This document shows positions 61,523 to 64,000 of a DNA stretch of 64,000 bases, piece by piece (the first letter of the stretch is position 1; the number at the start of each line of letters is the position of its first letter). The notes beneath the pieces were generated by a model that saw only the letters and a list, made by a program, of their open reading frames with translations, did not search any database and was not told the origin of the DNA. Source of the stretch: Antedon mediterranea (taxonomy: Eukaryota > Animalia > Echinodermata); contig NC_092676.1 of NCBI RefSeq assembly GCF_964355755.1, positions 14,030,871-14,094,870 of the forward strand, read 5' to 3'. Both the position numbers and the translations under genes were made by a program.

Positions 61523-64000
61523 TATAGCCAAGAACAAGTCTGCTGGGTTGGGTGAAGCTAGGCTAGGCCTCCTAGGCTAGCCTATAGTATTTGTATTGTA
61601 TTTAAAACAAGCCTGCCTAGACACCTTACCTTGTGAAGAATAATATACAGATAATTACTAATTAATGATTCCTTGGCAATAAAATATTCACTTAGGCCTA
61701 GGTCGTTTAAATTAACAGAAGAATTTCCATCAATAAGCCTATTAATAATAATATTATAATCAGGTAGGCCGAATAAACAATTCGTCTTCTCTCGATCTTC
61801 GAGGAGCCGAATCACCGGATGTTCAGCGCGTACTAGTTACTAGGTTACTACCGTGAGTATTGACCAATCACAAACGGTGTTTCATCACATTTAGGGTGGA
61901 CTTATAACAAATGAGGGCGCTATGTATGCATAGCTTAAATAGTTTAGAAGATTAATTTCTTCAAGCAAATTCCGTGGCCCAGCGGATGAAACGTTGTCTT
62001 GCGATGGAGTGACAATTCCACCCGAGTTCAAGATCGAGTAGATGACTTTTGTTTATTTATCGGCAAACTCGAGTGTTGCACACGAAAATTACACAGTCAA
62101 TATCATCGTACTCGAGAATTTATATGATTAATGACAGGGGACACGATTATTACGCGAAAATTACACAGTCAATATCATCGTTCTCGAGGATATATACGAT
62201 TTACGATCCTCGCAGCGGTAGTCATGTGATGCAGTTTCAACCAATCACGTTCGCGTATTTACATAGGCTATGTAATATAACTTGATATTTGAGCCTGAGC
62301 AAGATAGTTTGATAGGCATATTTTACTTCGATGTAAATAAGATATTACATGTTATACTGTATGTAAAATACTTTTTTGTAAATAAAAATATTTAATGGTG
62401 GTTAATTTATTAACTTGTTAATTTGTTTGTTAGTTATGATGTTATACTATTAATTATTTAGTTATTTATTAACCAAAGTGGAGTGGATTCGTGGCAATTG
62501 CAACTTGACTGTAATATGCAAATATATAATAATATTTACTTCTTCTTGGATAAAGTTAAACCAAAATAAGCAATAATAAAAATTAAATATTTATTTTGCC
62601 ATAAAGAAAGCAAAAACTAAACATACAGTACTATATGTACAGTAATACCATGGACCTATAGGTCCATGGTAATACATACTGTAGTATTGAGCACCAGTAG
62701 CAGAGACGTCTGGACAATCGAATATAATCGTTATCAGCTGTCTGGGTACCCAAGGCTAGTGCTAGAAAATGGCGAAAATTCGTGTATTCATTCGCCGTCA
62801 GCGAAATGAATCCGACACTTTTCTCATCAGAAGCAAATCAACAAATCCTTTTATCAGTTTGTTTTGATATATAATCTGGATAATATATATTAAAATGGCC
62901 TTGGTTCAAGCATGTTTAACAGGTAAAATCAGATTTTTTCCTACCTAGGCCCCTTAGCACTGCGGTACCCTACGCCGTGTGGGGGAACCGATCTCGGCAG
63001 TATTTCTTAAGTAGCCTATCTTTCGTAAAATCCTTAGTTGAATTTTATTAATATAAATTTAATTGTATGAATATGCTATTTAAATGTTATTGAAATTTTT
63101 TTTTGCTGCATTTTGTAATTCCGCACTACTTGCTTTATCGCGATTCCAAGATGGCGGCAATTCAAATTTTGATTTGGTAATAATTCGCGAGGTCAACCAC
63201 TTTGCTGCCCGACTGTATACCAATGTAAACCACATACAGTATGTTCACATATTATATATGTCAAAGGTTATAAATTGTATTTCCAGTCATTTTATGTGAA
63301 AATGTTTCATTACTACAAATATAAATGTCTCTATTCTGAAAAAAATGACACCAAAATCGATTGAAAATGATCAGTAGTTACTGAGATATACAGATAAGAG
63401 GTCAAAGGTCAAACTGGGAGAAACGTCATTTCCGGTCATTTTTTGACGAAACTTTTCATTAGAGCAAATAGAAATATGTGGTTTGTGAACAATTTAACAC
63501 CAGAATCAAGTCTCTACTGTTTATAGTTGCCAAGATATGAAGACTTTTTGTTTTTATGGTGGCCATTTTGAAATCAAGATGGCCGCCATACCGGACGTTG
63601 GACACTTGGCACCCCCCGATATTTTTAATCTATATACATCAAAGAAACTTTGTGGCAAGTTTCATGCTTTGGTAATAAAGTGCACAACTTGGCTATTTTT
63701 ATGGCACTAACTGCTCTACTATTATCTGACAGCGAATTATAGTAATATCATGGGACTCATAAATACCAGAATGCTTTGGGATTTGTCGTTAGACTCTTTT
63801 CCCAGCCGTTTTTGGATTGGTGGTACCAATAAATTATAGTGGAGTTTCCATTTTAACAAAAATGTCAAAGTGTAGTACTATAAAGCTGCTTGATTTCATC
63901 TAATGAATGAGTCATCTCGTGTGACGTAGCGGGCTAGAGCAGCAGCGTGAAAATCAACACCAGCTAATGTAGAAACAGTCAACAGCTTATGTAGTAACGA

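Larger units (their letters stand above)
56709..63718 (+). mobile_element. Decayed AcademX element with ~460-bp TIRs
   Basis: TAGAGCAGTTA / TAACTGCTCTA; TIRs at 56709-57160 and 63258-63718; relic FFRCNENEQELFEFL and CNIKEANERMLLY (compare CDHLEADTRIMFH in the 663-aa ORF) at 59370-59720; no clean TSD. Confidence 0.72.

Noticed and set aside
61970-62045. tRNA/SINE-like A and B boxes (TGGCCCAGCGG...GAGTTCAAGA)
   Set aside because: No convincing cloverleaf; at most a decayed SINE head.

Overview
AT-rich, intron-containing animal (invertebrate) DNA; the gene content and many TAGGCCTA motifs suggest an echinoderm, but this is inference. Two host genes can be reconstructed by hand. (1) A complete 8-coding-exon ASCC1 orthologue (+ strand, 10198-25998, 352 aa; KH domain plus 2H-phosphoesterase with HLT/HAT motifs). 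(2) The 3' part of a type-C leucine-rich-repeat GPCR (RXFP/GRL101-like, - strand), with two LRR exons and a 7TM exon; two further phase-compatible exons appear to add a degenerate protein-kinase-like tail, giving a candidate GPCR-pseudokinase fusion. The rest is mostly nested transposable elements: several Academ (AcademX, TAG...CTA, 3-bp TSD) elements, including a nest in which the outer copy keeps the N-terminal half and the inner copy the C-terminal XPG half of the protein; a PHD-FLYWCH-MULE pseudogene; hAT MITEs with 8-bp and 5-bp TSDs; an IS3EU-like MITE (6-bp TSD); Gypsy, BEL/Pao, L2, L1/Tx1-like and other LINE fragments; Penelope; Helitron/Helentron pieces; two 18-20-bp palindromes with 7-bp GTANNAC duplications that look like P/Galileo excision footprints; and 46-bp and 30-bp minisatellites. 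No CRISPR, rRNA or convincing tRNA gene was seen. All calls come from reading the sequence by eye; no searches were run.
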